A stretch of DNA of 64,000 nt from Eledone cirrhosa (GCA_964016885.1 OZ024742.1:330894001-330958000), one strand, 5' to 3'; numbered from the stretch's first letter, positions 25,001 through 38,614 are shown. The notes: a model not told the origin generated them from the letters alone. Program-made: numbers and translations.

Positions 25001-27935
25001 CATTTCCGGCACGTAAGGCTTACAGGGACCAGGTCAAAATTTTAGTTAAGAAAAAGTTGACAGGGGAAGTCCTCAACAATAGATGGTGGGGGGCTCTCAA
25101 AAGAGAGATTAGAGTAATGTCGATAGAGTTTAGCAAAGAAGTAGCATTAGAGAAAAATAGAAAGGAGGGAGAGTTGGTAGATAAGTTAGACGAGGCTATT
25201 GGTAATGGATTTGCAACTGATGTGCTAGCGGCGAGAATGGCATTAGACCATTTCTTCAATGCGAAACACGAAGGTTGCATTGTCAGAGCTAATGCGCATG
25301 CTCTGAGAAACAAGGGAACCAAAGCTGTTCGATCGGCCCGCGTGGCAGAGGCGCAGAGTGGTAATAAAACCACGATTCGATCTTTGACGGACCGAGACGA
25401 GCAGGAGCTGAGCGATTCCAAGAGGATGTGTGAGGCCTTTCGCCAACATTTTGCTCAGTTGTTCGGGGGAAGTGGTGGGTCAGAGATGGTGGCGGACTTC
25501 AGTCCCTACCTCGAAGGCTTGCCGCAACTCTCGACGGCTGACGCTGGGCGCTGCGAAAGGCCAATTACTTCAGCCCAGATTCAGGATGCCCTTGTAGGCT
25601 GCATGAGGCGCAAGTCAACCCGGTTTGGATGGTCTGCCTTACGTAAATATGCCAGACTTGTTCTCCAATCTCCTCGAAGCCTTCTACTGCAACTGGCAGC
25701 AAAACGGGATTATTCCCAGTACTGTGAGCCGGGGCGTAGTGACGCTGATAAGGAAAGACGAGAACAAGAGGGAAACATTAGACAATTTCAGGCCCATAAC
25801 TCTGCTCAACACAGAGTTTAAGATTTTGGCCAGGGTGTTAGCGAAGAGGTTGGCGCTTGTCGGGGATTTGGTTGGGGAGGGGCAAACTTGCGCAATTCCA
25901 ACCAGGTCCATACATGACAACCTCCACCTAATTCGATACATCATAGAGAGGGTAGGGTGTAAACCTGGCTTCGGTGGGGCTCTGTTCAATTTAGATCAAT
26001 CGAAAACATTCGATAGGGTCGACCATCGGTACCTGGAAGCTGTCCTCAAGGCGGCTGGCTTCGGCACCGTCTTCAGAAGCTGGATCGCTGCAATGCACAG
26101 CGGCATCTGCTCGATGGTCAAAATTAATGGCCACCTCTCGGAACCGTTTCAGGTCTCCCGATCGGTCCGTCAAGGGTGCCCTCTCTCCTCCCTTCTGTAC
26201 GTATTGACTCTCGAGCTTTTACTGCGGAAGCTGGAGCTGTTGCAGGGCATCCCGCTCAAACCGGGACGCGGAAAAGCTGTGTCGGCTTATGCGGACGACA
26301 TCACCGTGATGGTGTCGGACACCTCAGAAATCGAGGTATTCGGCAACTTATTGGAGGAATATGAAAGGTTGACGCGAGCCAAACTTAACCCGGAAAAGTC
26401 AATAGGCTTGCAACTCGGCACCTGGAGAGGCATGTCTATGCCGTCCAACAGCGTCGTTAGGCGCTGGACGGACGGACCGTTAAAGTTGCTAGGGATTTGG
26501 TTCAGGCCAGACCTCCAGGTGGTAAGAATTGGGACAGGTGACGGGCAGATTAGTCAGTCTCACCCAGAAATGGGCTGGGATGAAGCTATCACTGAACGGT
26601 TGGGCGGAGATAGGTGGCGAACGCGTACATCGCGTCCGTCATCTTCTACCGTCTGACTGTCGTCCCTTGCCCCCGTTCGCGCCTCGCCATCTTGGAGCGG
26701 CTCCTCTTCAAATTATTGTGGAGGGGTCAAGTTCCGCTGGTGAGGCGGTGCATCTGCTGCCAGCACCCTCTACGTGGAGGGCTGGGCATGCCGTGGTTAA
26801 TTAGGCGCAGGCACGCGCTGAGGCTGCGGTATCTCCAGATATTCTGCTTAAACGGTGAACAGGTGTCGTCGCCGTTTGTCAGACGGGCCTTTCCGCAGCT
26901 CGTTTCTTTGACTGAGTTGCAGTCCTGTGTCAAGAAGAGACCGAGACTGGGTGACTGGCATCTGGAATGTTGCCAGGCACTCACTGCCCTCTACCAGGCG
27001 GGCAATGCGGTCAGTGAAACTTCCACTCTCGAGTTCTATAGATCATTAGTGGTGGGCAAGTGCGACGACGCACTCGGAGAGTCTCTGGGAGTCAACGAAG
27101 TCGAACTAACCAGTCTGTACCGGAGGACTTTCGAGCCGGGGACGATGGATAATTTCCAAAAATCCCTCGCTTGGCAGTGCTACCGGGGGGCACTGCCGGT
27201 TCGGGATAAACTCTACAGGCACGGAAGTGCTGTCAGACGGACCTGCCTGAGATGCGTGCAGAGTGACGAAACCGGTCTGCACGCACTCGTCCAGTGTCCG
27301 TGCATTACTGACTTGTGGTATTATGTTGAACAGCTGTTGTCGCGTGTAGAACGGATGCCGCTGTCGGCGGAGTCCATAGTGAAGATCGACCCGCCGCTTT
27401 CTTTTGGCCAGGAAGGGCAGGCAATTTTCCTCTGTCTGGTGGCAGTAGCGATAGAGGTTGTATGGTGGACAAGGTTTAAAGGACTGAAGACAGACACTTT
27501 TCTCTTCGGCCAATCCTTCATTAACTTTTTCAAGAGTCACTTGGAAAGGATGGTGAGGGTGGAGAGAGAAGTACTGCCTCCCAGTACATTTGCTGAAAGG
27601 TGGGTGAATGTGGCGAGAATGGCCCCTGTGAGTGGGCCTACTCTGGTCATGCGGCTGTATGTAGGTAAATTTGAAGAGTAGAGGGGTGCCCTTCCAGGGT
27701 GCTCTCGAAGCGTCGGGTCGTTCAGGACTGGTGGGGTACCTGAGCGAACACTGGGTGGTCATCCTCCTTTTGGGGAATGTTTTCTTGTTGTAATTTTATT
27801 GTTACTTTATTGTTACTTTGTTATTGTTACTTTGTTATATTCATATTGTTCACTCGATTTTTCTGTAAAACCCCACTGTCCCAGTCTTTTGTATTGTCCC
27901 CCATATGTCGTCCCTTGTGGCCAATAAATGAAATC
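22049..27935 (+). mobile_element. Tx1/L1-clade LINE family B, full-length, frameshifted (ORF1 about 22254-24226, ORF2 24258-27681)
   Basis: LNVRGL..SETR..GDWNG APE endonuclease; PGYWKLN; RPITLLNTEFKILA; RQGCPLS; YADD; C-terminal CLRC..HALVQC; ORF1 RPQCFVCG knuckle; AATAAA at 27923. Confidence 0.92.
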
Positions 27936-27950
27936 ATTATTATTATTATT

Positions 27951-28090
27951 AGGTATCGGTAGAGGGTCGGAGGTCATGCTTTGCAGCATAGAGTTACAGT
28001 CTGAGTTCAAATCCGACCGAGATTAACTTTGCCTTTCATCCTTAAGTGGTCGGTAAAATAAAGCACCAGTAATGTACTGGGGTGAATGCT
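27951..28090 (+). mobile_element. tRNA-derived SINE with Nin/Deu-like core, degraded
   Basis: B-box GAGTTCAAATCC followed by ctttgcctttcatcc..gtcggtaaaataaagcaccag; homologous to the minus copy at 29.8 kb. Confidence 0.75.
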
Positions 28091-28126
28091 GGAGTTCTAT
28101 CAAAATGTAGAAGCAGTATAATTATT

Positions 28127-28488
28127 ATTGCTGACCTGTGGGTTTATGTCGAGCACCTACTGTCACGTGTAGAACGGATCCAATTATCGACTGAAGAAAT
28201 CCCCGACGTTTTCCTTTAGAGGAGAAGGATAGGTAATTTCTATCTGCCTGGTGGCTTTGGCGAAAGACGTCACGTGAAGGATGCGTTTGAAGGGTTGAAG
28301 TTGAAGACAGCGACATTCCTCTTCAGTGAAGCACTGATTAACCTTTTACGGTTACACTTGAAGACGAAAATCCTATTGGAGAGAAAGTACATCCTTCCAA
28401 CCAGTTTTCTGAAAGCTGGGTGAAAGTGGCAAGCCTCTACCGTCTTTAATGTTTCCTTAATGTGAGACCTGTATGGCTAATAAATAGA
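28127..28488 (+). mobile_element. Old 3' fragment of a Tx1-like element
   Basis: Resembles ORF2 end (gacctgtgggtttatgtcgagcacct..), AATAAA at 28479, then (TTA)n. Confidence 0.8.
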
Positions 28489-29796
28489 TTATTATTATTA
28501 TTTGAAACTTTCTTTTACTTCCGCCTTTTCCCAAATCATGCCGAGTGTCGGCCTTGCACCTTAGGCAACATCTGATAATACAAACAATTTAAAATTAATT
28601 AGATAGATGATGGTATATGTTAAAAAAGAATTCATGCAAGCCTGTATTGTTCAGGGAATATGAAAGAGAATTTTGGGGAACTATAACGAAAAATACTGTA
28701 TCAATCATATTAATTGAATAGTGGGCAATTTGTGACACTATGACAAAGATAATATTTTAATATCAATATCATTCATCTTTATACATCCTGCATACAATAA
28801 CCAAGAGAGAGAATATTACTACGCACAAATGCAATGCGTAATATCATGCACCACAACTAAAGAAACCACGAAGAATAACGCTGCTTGATGGTAATGCGAA
28901 AGGTCATTAGAGTGAAGTTCAATGATATAGCGGGTTAGGGAATATACATCAAAGTCATGACGAACTGATCATCACATTGATCCATCTGGCTTTTGTTAAA
29001 GAAGCAATTCAGTAGTCACCAACACACTATTTCAGTAATCACCAAATGACACTTTGAAGAATAGAGATGATATAGCAAGAAATCAGACCATCTATATCAA
29101 TGGCTTAGTGTATTTTCGAAACCTACAAATATTGAAAAAAGTACCATGGAATGGATAACTGCTCAGACAATAATCAAGTTTTAATTAGAGCACAAATCAA
29201 ACTGGAAAGAAATGTGGAAATGTTTGAAACACTAAGAGAATGTAATGTGAAAATACGAAACGAGATATTAATATGAACGCTATCCATAATATATAAAAGA
29301 AATGGATGAAACATTGATGACAATTTCAGCACGCGGACATCACTAAACAAACAGCCTGAAAGGATAAGATAACAGAAAAATTGGGTTTCTATTGATAATA
29401 CTATCAGAAATGGAAGGGAGAATAGAATAACGTCAGTGTCAAATGCAAGGAGTACTCGAGAAAACGAAGTATCCGTAGAAGAATGAAATTCATTAAATAT
29501 CAAGAACCAAGGTATATTAACAAACTTAGGCAATGTATTGGCATATACCAAACTTCATTTCCTTTAGTACCAAACAAACCAAATGCTGAAGGCAACCCGA
29601 GTGAAATATTATTAAAATCGTATAACAATGAAATGCAATAACATTACCTGAAGGGAGTAGTGAAATGGAATTTTAATCCAGCAATGAAAACTTCGAACTA
29701 AGTAAACCTTATCCTCACTCAGCCAAGGCGTTTGATTTTTTTAAACACACGGAAATGTATTGCCTCATGATCAATGTCTTCTGACTAATATAATAA

Positions 29797-29976
29797 TTGT
29801 TTCTACTTTTGGCACAAGGCCAGCAATAAACCAGTGCATTACTGGTACTTTATTTTATCCACCCCATAAGGTTGAAAGGCAAAGTTAAACTCGGCGGGAT
29901 TTGAACTCAGAATGGCAAGGGCCGTAACTCTATGCGTCAAAGCATGGCGTACGACCCTCTACCGATACTGCCAATC
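29797..29976 (-). mobile_element. tRNA-derived SINE with Nin/Deu-like core
   Basis: Reverse complement carries GAGTTCAAATCC and ctttgcctttcaacc..gataaaataaagtaccag; same family as 27951-28090. Confidence 0.78.
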
Positions 29977-30618
29977 CATATAATATAATAATGTACTGGA
30001 ATTAGCAGTAACTGTAAAATTATACATATCTGAAATTCGTATTAAGAAACGTATCAAGCAGTAATATATATGATCCTTTATATATTCTTTACACATTGAG
30101 AAATTTATGCTAGGATTACAAATAGAAAGTAAAACATCAATACAATTGTATATAAAGACGATATTCTTCTAGTAACTTTCAATAAAGCTTACTTACTGTA
30201 TCTTGCAACCACGTAAAGGACAATGAAATGTCTTATCAAAAAGAAATGGATGCAAACTTACTGAGATCAATGACAAACAGCAATAAAGATCAGTCACGGA
30301 ACACATATATTATAACTTAGGAAAACCCAAGTGAATATCAAGTAGGATAATATACATGATTCAAAAACCGGGAAATGGGAAGTAGGAATTTAAAGAAAAA
30401 AAAAGGATTAATACTTTTCAGCAGAAATGTTGCTATGGTCTTCTTGGGAGATCATGTTTTAACCGAAAGTAGTAAACTTCAATGACATGCTTACAAACAC
30501 AATATCACTTCAGACTCCCTCGGAAATGCTTGAATGTGTGTCAGAAATGCATGTCCATAAACAAACACAAGAACACATATTACACATATATACACGTATA
30601 TATACATACATACATACG

Positions 30619-30627
<9 letters not shown>

Positions 30628-30703
<76 letters not shown>
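30628..30703. repeat. (TA)n microsatellite, left edge of the TA island
   Basis: Seen directly. Confidence 0.97.
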
Positions 30704-30708
<5 letters not shown>

Positions 30709-30993
30709 TCTTTATTCTCGAGTTCACGATTTTATCGAGTTTATATTCATAGAAATCTGGAACTTGTCTCTTTCTTCTCACTTTCTGTTGCTTAAACCAT
30801 TTTGTTTGTTCACCCTAACGTTCTCTTTATTTACGTGTCCCAACGACTTTTTTTAGCCGTTGTTCGCACCAACCTGAGGTATATGGCCCTTAAAGCGATG
30901 AAATGCCTAGGACGGTTGGAGGGTCACTGATGAAGGACTCACTTTTTTATATGTAACCCATTTGCAACGCCGCAGCTCCATTATTATCATATT

Positions 30994-30997
<4 letters not shown>
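30704..30997 (+). mobile_element. Short insert between (TA)n tracts, possibly a Penelope pLTR remnant
   Basis: TA-flanked; contains gggtcaCTGATGAagg (30927) without a matching GAAA half. Confidence 0.35.
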
Positions 30998-31030
<33 letters not shown>

Positions 31031-31036
<6 letters not shown>

Positions 31037-32108
31037 AGATTTGAATGGATACAGTTTAGTTGAAAGGAATTTATTGACACGTGTTTCTATAACAGTTACA
31101 TAACCTAAAACAGCTATCTACAAACTTTTAGTTATGCAGACATTCAATATTTCAATGTTATTATTTACTGTCATTTCATCAGAATAATATTACTGAGGAC
31201 CTATTTAGTTTTTATAGAGAATATTAGGAGGGAGGGGTGAAGTTGTTAGAAGAATAGTTGAAGGAGTGGTTTTTCGATAGCAGTGAGAATTCTTGTTGGC
31301 AGTGAGTAATTAGATTCCCATCTGTTGTTTTGACATTTTTTATAGAATATATTATTGGTTATTTTTCTAAATCTATAGAAGGATTAGAGATAGTGAAGAT
31401 ATGCGTGGTTGGTTTTGTGTTTGCACTTAATTAACATTCAGGCTTAAATTTTTCTTTCAAGTGTACGTATCCTTTCACCCACGCATTCACACACAAATAT
31501 ATTTGCACACCTCTACAAAATACATATACACACAATTCACATATTCATACTTACATATATATACACATGCATGTGTATATATATGTAAGTATGAATATGT
31601 GAATTGTGTGTATATGTATTTTGTAGAGGAGTGCAAATATATTTGTGTGTGAATGCGTGGGTGAAAGGATACGTACACTTGAAAGAAAAATTTAAGCCTG
31701 AATGTTAATTAAGTGCAAACACAAAACCAACCACGCATATCTTCACTATCTCTAATCCTTCTATAGATTTAGAAAAATAACCAATAATATATTCTATAAC
31801 AAATGTCAAAACAACAGATGGGAATCTAATTACTCACTGCCACCAAGAATTCTCACTGCTATCGAAAAACCACTCCTTCAACTATTCTTCTAACAACTTC
31901 ACCCCTCCCTCCTAATATTCTCTATAAAAACTAAATAGGTCCTCAGTAATATTATTCTGATGAAATGACAGTAAATAATAACATTGAAATATTGAATGTC
32001 TGCATAACTAAAAGTTTGTAGATAGCTGTTTTAGGTTATGTAACTGTTATAGAAACACGTGTCAATAAATTCCTTTCAACTAAACTGTATCCATTCAAAT
32101 CTTTCTAT
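31031..32108. repeat. 1078-bp spacerless palindrome, 539-bp arms, centre at 31569/31570
   Basis: Arms are reverse complements with about three substitutions that I could see; centre acacATGCATgtgt. Confidence 0.97.
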
Positions 32109-32215
32109 TTTTCTCCGGATTACTTTTGGAACTACAACTGGAACCGTCGAGCAAACTCTACGTGAGCTGATAATCTACTGTGTGTAATATTTATATTACA
32201 ACACAACGGAAAATA

Positions 32216-32273
<58 letters not shown>

Positions 32274-32414
32274 TCAGGTTTGTTGATTCATCACTGGATA
32301 GAATTGGTCATTCCGTATGGTCAATGTTGATGTAATATTATGGAGAGTAGTCAAAGTAGTGCAGTTCACCCGTCTTCGTTGGTCATGCTAATACGGAGGT
32401 AATTATTTTAAATA

Positions 32415-32550
32415 AAATAAGAGGAGGCTGGTATGGTGTAAATCCTTGAAAAAGTTTATTATACTATAATCATACGGAACTCGGTCATCGAAATGATCAT
32501 AGTATAAAGAACTTCTCAAGGATTTACACCAGTCCAGCCTCCTGTTATTT
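32415..32550. repeat. Imperfect inverted repeat (about 58-bp arms), MITE-like or pLTR-derived hairpin
   Basis: aaataagaggaggctggtatggtgtaaatccttga pairs with tcaaggatttacaccagtccagcctcctgttattt. Confidence 0.85.
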
Positions 32551-32724
32551 CATTATATATATATATTGTTATACTTTGGGAGGGTCATGTTGCCAATAAG
32601 AAACACACGCACCAGTCGATTTCACTTCAATTTATTATAATAAACTTATAAATTTAGGAATTTATAAATCTATAAATTTCTGGTTGGTTGGTTGGTTCCA
32701 CAACCAGATAGTTGTTTATATATT

Positions 32725-32767
32725 GTCAAAGTTCTTTCGTCACACATTATGAGACCTCATCAGTGAC
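32725..32767 (-). ncRNA. Minimal type I hammerhead ribozyme motif in the 3' pLTR
   Basis: GTCA-CTGATGA-stem II-GAAA-GAAC-TT-TGAC on the minus strand. Confidence 0.7.
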
Positions 32768-34357
32768 TGGGGATTCTTTTCTTTGTTTTTGTGCCTCTCC
32801 TTTGTTCTCTCCTACGCCATTCTGTTTCTGTGTGTGTGTTGTGTGCTCAGTCTGCGCATGCGCCACATCCGGGTGTCTGTGTGTGTTTATATTTGTTTAT
32901 TTATTTGTTTATTTACATGTTACCGGTTGGTTATTTGTTATATGTGTGTGTGTGTTTTCATTTTGTCCTTAATTGTAAGTTGTGATGTAGCTGTTCCACT
33001 CATATTTTCTATTTAATTTTGGTTGTATTCTTTTATGATTATTGCCTCTGTGATTTGTCTAAACATTGCGTCTTTTCTGTGTGTAGATTCTATTTTTATT
33101 TCTATGTTCTCTAATTTACCCTTATGTTCTATTTTAGCATGTTGGTAGAGTACAGATGATTCTTTACTATCTTGAAGGTCTCGCCAGTGTTCATTTATCC
33201 GTTCCCCTACACTACGGGCTGTCTCACCTATGTACACTATATTTTTGTCTCTACATTGTCCTTCAGTACATCTTATGCTATACACTACATTTCTAGTTTT
33301 ACAGCTAATATGGGGGCTTATTTTACAGGTTATACATTTCTTATCTATACAGGAGTGTCTTTGAAAAGCGTATGTCTTGCTAATAAGTGTTTTACGGAGG
33401 TACCTGGTCTTTCTACTATCTTAATATTGAGTTTATGTTTATCTAGGGCCCTTCTAAATTTGTAAGCTAATTCACTTCTAGGAGTTGTATAGATGAACAT
33501 TACACTCTGGTATTTATTGCTATCATACCATGAGTTTATTCTATTAGCCTTATTCCTAGTTCTTTCTATTCTATTCCAAAATTTGCTCCTGTGTCATTAT
33601 TTACCATTTTTTTCCCATTTGGTTCTGGCTCCTCTATACACTCTGATTTTATCTGTCTGATTGTAACCAGATAACTGCATACGGTGGATGAAGTGTTGTA
33701 TGTGTTTCTCTAGTTCTTCGGGGTTGCACATGCGGGACACGTTTCTCATCACCCGTACCAAATCCGCAATCAGTATGTTGATTTTGGTATGGTCCGAAAC
33801 AGCCGAGTTTCGGTGGATCAGATGCTTGGAAGTCATGGGTTTGGCATAATGGGAATGGAGGATTTGTTTTTTGTTATTAATGGTATCTAACCAGAGCTCT
33901 GTGTCTAGTACAGGTAATCGATGGTTGGGGTGTTTACTTGGGTAGTCTATGGTAACTCAAATACTCAGGTGGATGGAGTTAGCTATTTGCTGGATGCTTT
34001 CCATTGTGTTTCTCTATAATTCCTGACTGTTCTCTAGTGGGGGTGTCTTAACTACAATGTTTATATCATCAACGTAGCGGGAGTACATTATCAGGGTTAA
34101 GGGGTCTTCTAATTGTTCTTTAAGTTTAAGTTTAAGTCTACTGTCCCACCATACCATGAATAGGTTAGCTATGTCGCCTGCAATACTAACACCAATGGCT
34201 GCTCCTTCCTCTTGGGCATATGTTTTCCATTAAATTTGAACATATGTTCCTTAAGGGTTAGTTTTATGCTGGCCCCTACCGCATGAGCAATCATTTTCTT
34301 CAGTTCATCGTGGTTTCCGGGTGTCCGTATGGCTCTGGTCCACCCGTTCCATCTATC

Positions 34358-34606
34358 TGTGTAGGTTTTCTTGGCCATTGAGGTAATGGTAGGTGGTCTG
34401 CCTCTTGCTGGGCTTGTAGGGCACAGGTTGCTAAGGTGTCTGTGTAGGTTTTCTTGGCCATTGAGGTAATGGTAGGTGGTCTGCCTCTTGCTGGGCTTGT
34501 AGGGCACAGGTTGCTAAGGTGTCTGTGTAGGTTTTCTTGGCCATTGAGGTAATGGTAGGTGGTCTGCCTCTTGCTGGGCTTGTAGGGCACAGGTTGCTAA
34601 GGTGTC
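34358..34606. repeat. Three tandem copies of an 83-bp unit inside the PLE RT region
   Basis: Unit tgtgtaggttttcttggcc...ctaaggtgtc starts at 34358, 34441 and 34524. Confidence 0.95.
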
Positions 34607-35768
34607 TGTGTGTTTGTTAAGATTGTGGTGGTGGTGAGAGGCATTGAATGTGTGTGTGTTGTTGTTGTTGATGTGTGCTGTTGTTGATGTGTATTGTTGT
34701 TGTTGTCTCCGTGTGTGTTATTATTGTTGTGTGTGTTGTTATTGTTGTTTGTGTCTGCGTGTGTGTTGTTGTTGTTTCTGGGTATGTTATTATTGTTGGT
34801 GTGTGTGTTGTTGTTATTGTTGTTTGTGTCTGTGCGTCTGTTGTTGTTGGGATGTGTGTTGTATATGTGTGTGCGTATGTGTATGTTGTTACTTTTTTTT
34901 GTTTTTTGTTTTTGAGGCTCCGACGTAATTTTGTAAATGATTTTTCTATTTCTGACAGACAACTAATCATATTTACCTTCTTGAATGTCGCAAATTTCGG
35001 TGGTAGAAGTAATACAGATAATTCATCAGGGTCTATTGCCGTGTTGCCGTATATATTTGTGTTGTTATTATTGTTGAACTCATCTGTTAATGAGGTGTCG
35101 GCCATATTTATACCGTCATTTTTGTCGGGATATCTATTGGTATCCTGATTTAGTTTTGTCTGCTTAAGCCACTTTAGTTTTTTGTTAAAGTGCTTATCAT
35201 ATTCTTGAGCAATGTACTGTTCTTCAGGACGTATAAGGCTTATAAATATTAGTTTCTCTCTTGGTGTGGTGATCCTAGTAATATCTTGTATTAGGTTACG
35301 CTTATGTTTTTCTTGATGACTTAATTCTCTATAGATCTTCTTTTTTATGTTTAGAATTAGTGTTCGTGTTAGCCTATCTGCTTGCTTTTTGTTGAGTTGT
35401 AATCTTCTTACGTCGGTGTTGATGGTGTTGGTGTAAACTCGGGACGCGGCACATTCTTTTATGAAGTGTAGTTGTCGAGATGTTATTGGTTTTCGTAGAC
35501 AACAGAACATGGTGGTTTTCAGTATCTTGTTAGCCTGGCTAAGGATTACGATATTTCGTTTCTTAATTTGTTTAGCAAGATTCTTTATCTGAAAACGTGT
35601 GTTGAAACCGATATTGTTATACTTTGGGATGGTCATGTTGCGAATAAGAAACACACGCACCAGCTGCTTTCACTTCAATTTATTATAATAAACTTATAAA
35701 TTTAGGAATTTATAAATCTATAAATTTCTGGTTGGTTGGTTCCACAACCAGATAGTTGTTTATATATT

Positions 35769-35821
35769 GTCAAAGTTCTTTCGTCACACATTCTCACACA
35801 TTCTGTGACCTCATCAGTGAC
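35769..35821 (-). ncRNA. Hammerhead motif in the 5' direct pLTR, with a duplication in loop II
   Basis: Same core as 36477-36519 with tcacacattc repeated. Confidence 0.65.
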
Positions 35822-36476
35822 TGGGGATTATTTTCTTTGTTTTTGTGCCTCTCCTTTGTTCTGTCCTACGCCATTTTGTTTATGTGTGTGTGTTGTGTGC
35901 TCAGTCTGCGCATGCGCCACATCCGGGTGTCTGTGTGTGTTTATATTTGTTTATTTATTTGTTTATTTACATGTTACCGGTTGGTTGTTTGTTCTATGTG
36001 TGTGTGTGTGTTTTCATTTTGTCCTTAATTGTAAGCTGTTCCACTCATATTTTCTATTTAATTTTGGTTGTATTTTTTATGTTTATTGCCCTGTGATTTG
36101 CCTAAACATTGCGTCTTTTCTGTGTGTAGATTCTATTTTTATTTCTATGTTCTCTAAAAATAGAATCTACACACAGAAAAGACGCAATGTTTAGACAAAT
36201 CACAGAGGCAATAAACATAAAAGAATTTCAACCAGAATATGAGTGGAACAGCAACATCACAACTTACAATTAACGACAAAATGAAAACACACACACACAC
36301 ATAGAACAAACAACCAACCGGTAACATGTAAATAAACAAATAAATAAACAAATATAAACACACACAGACACCCGGATGTGGCGCATGCGCAGACTGAGCA
36401 CACAACACACACACATAAACAAAATGGCGTAGGACAGAACAAAGGAGAGGCACAAAAACAAAGAAAAGAATCCCCA

Positions 36477-36519
36477 GTCACTGATGAGGTCACATAATGT
36501 GTGACGAAAGAACTTTGAC
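36477..36519 (+). ncRNA. Minimal type I hammerhead ribozyme motif in the inverted pLTR
   Basis: GTCA CTGATGA G GTCACA taatg TGTGAC GAAA GAAC TT TGAC: stem I GTCA/TGAC, 6-bp stem II, 2-bp stem III. Confidence 0.75.
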
Positions 36520-36737
36520 AATATATAAACAACTATCTGGTTGTGGAACCAACCAACCAACCAGAAATTTATAGATTTATAAATTCCTAAATTTATAAGT
36601 TTATTATAATAAATTGAAGTGAAAGCAACTGGTGCGTGTGCTTCTTATTGGCAACATGACCCTCCCAAGGTATAACAATATCGGTTTCAACACACGATTT
36701 CAGATAAAGAATCTTGCTAAACAAATTCAGAAACGAA

Positions 36738-36881
<144 letters not shown>

Positions 36882-38578
36882 CCGTTTTACGTCCGTTCTT
36901 GTGTCTGGTCGGCTGGTCGGCTGACCATGCCTTGCTCATACAGGAACTGATCTGGCTTGATTTCTACAGCTGGATGCCCTTCCTAACACCAACCTCATTT
37001 ACAGTGAGTGCTGGGTGCTTTTTCGTGGCGCCTACACGTCCACGACCACCTTGCGGTGGGGGGAGTGGGGGCATATTGTTTATATGCTTCAGCATGTACC
37101 CATGGGAGGTCGGGTACCCTGTATTACTGCGTGACGCCAGAAGTCACGGTCGTGTGTCATTGACTTTGAGAGGTGTAGTTGGGTAAGGTCGGCTTTTATC
37201 ACCTCATCCCAAGTCATCTTGGGTCTCCCCACTCCGCAGTTTCCATCAACTTCTAGTGCTCTGCACCTTTTTATGCATGCTGTCATCCTTCATACGCATC
37301 ACATGTCCATACCAGCGTAACCGCCTCTCCTGCACGCAGCATTTGATTCCTCTTATGCTTAGTCTCTCTCTCAATTCCTTTATGCTTTGTCGTTCACGTA
37401 TATTACTGTTACACATCCATCGGAGCATGCAGGCTTCGTTTCTCTCTAATCTACGTAAGTCTTCCACCTTCAGCGCCCAGGTCTCACTATCATGCAACAT
37501 CGCTGTTCGGATACACGCATCATACAGTCTGCCTTTCATTCTGAGGGAGAAGCCTTTTGCAGCTAGCAGTGGTAGTAGTTCCCTAAACTTCTTCCATCCC
37601 GTTCTTACCCTAGTTATTGTACTTTCTGAGCACCCACCTCCGTTGCTAATTCGGTCACCTAGGTAGCAGAAGCTGTCTACTGTTTCTACAGGGCCCTCCC
37701 AGAGATAGGTGGTACTTGTTTCCTGTGGCTGTTTGCTTGCTGTTTCAGCACAGCTGCTGCATGTGAATCCTACATTCTTAATTAAGCTTCCTGAGATCCC
37801 GCTACATCTCTTGTGTACCCATTGTTTGCATTTGGGGCAGAGAATAGAGTTCCTACCTACACCTTTCCTACATACTGAGCAAGGCCATTTCCCTGAGGGG
37901 ATCTGGGTTCTGTTTTCTCGTCTACTTACAAGGACCTTAGTCTTTGTCATGTTGACTTTGAGGCCCTTTCTCTCTAGTCCCTGCTTCCAGGTTTGGAATT
38001 TATTCTCTAGTTCTACCATAGATTCAGCTATGAGTGCGAGGTCATCAGCATACAGGAGTTCCCATGGGCATCCGGTCTTAAACTCCTCCGTTATTGCCTG
38101 CAGGACTATGATGAACAGGAGAGGGCTAAGAACAGAGCCCTGGTGGACCCCAACCTGTACGCTAAATTCCTCGCTATACTCATTGCTAATCCTAACTTTG
38201 CTGACTGCTCCCCTATACATGGCTTGTACCGCTTTCACAAGCCATTCATCTACTCCTAGTTTTCTAAGTGCCCACCAGATTACTGCACGTGGAACTCTGT
38301 CAAAGGCTTTCTCAAGGTCGACAAATGCCAAGTAGAGTGGCTTACTTTTAGCTAGGTACTTTTCCTGTAATTGCCTCACAAGGAAGAGGGCATCAGTGGT
38401 GCCTTTCCCTGGTACAAACCCAAATTGCATCTCGTCTGTATTCACCCGGTCCCTAATCAGCTGTGCTATAACTCTTTCTGTTACTTTCATGACCTGGTCC
38501 ATCAACTTTATACCTCTATAGTTTCCTCTATCTAGTGCATCGCCTTTATCTTTGTAGCAGTTGACAATGATGCTACTG
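36882..38578 (-). mobile_element. 5'-truncated RTE-like LINE with a PHD-like Cys cluster and (GAT)n tail
   Basis: NYRGIKL, QFGF, FVDLEKAFD, GVHQGSVLSP, YADD, WPCSVC..CPKCKQWVHKRC, RLRWYGHV, GRPKMTW. Confidence 0.92.
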
Positions 38579-38580
38579 TA

Positions 38581-38614
<34 letters not shown>

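Noticed and set aside
27951-29976. Inverted SINE pair as terminal repeats of a composite transposon or as tRNA genes
   Set aside because: The copies are diverged, show no shared target duplication and form no cloverleaf
28500-30620. AT-rich spacer with short ORFs as a possible host exon or DNA transposon
   Set aside because: No recognisable motifs, terminal repeats or convincing splice structure apart from the SINE
33955-33962. In-frame TGA in the Naiad-like ORF as possible selenocysteine
   Set aside because: Not at a Cys position; the ORF also has a TAG and frameshifts, the visible Cys-rich linker uses TGT, and I identified no SECIS
34358-34606. Repeat array as CRISPR
   Set aside because: Head-to-tail identical units with no spacers, in a eukaryotic context
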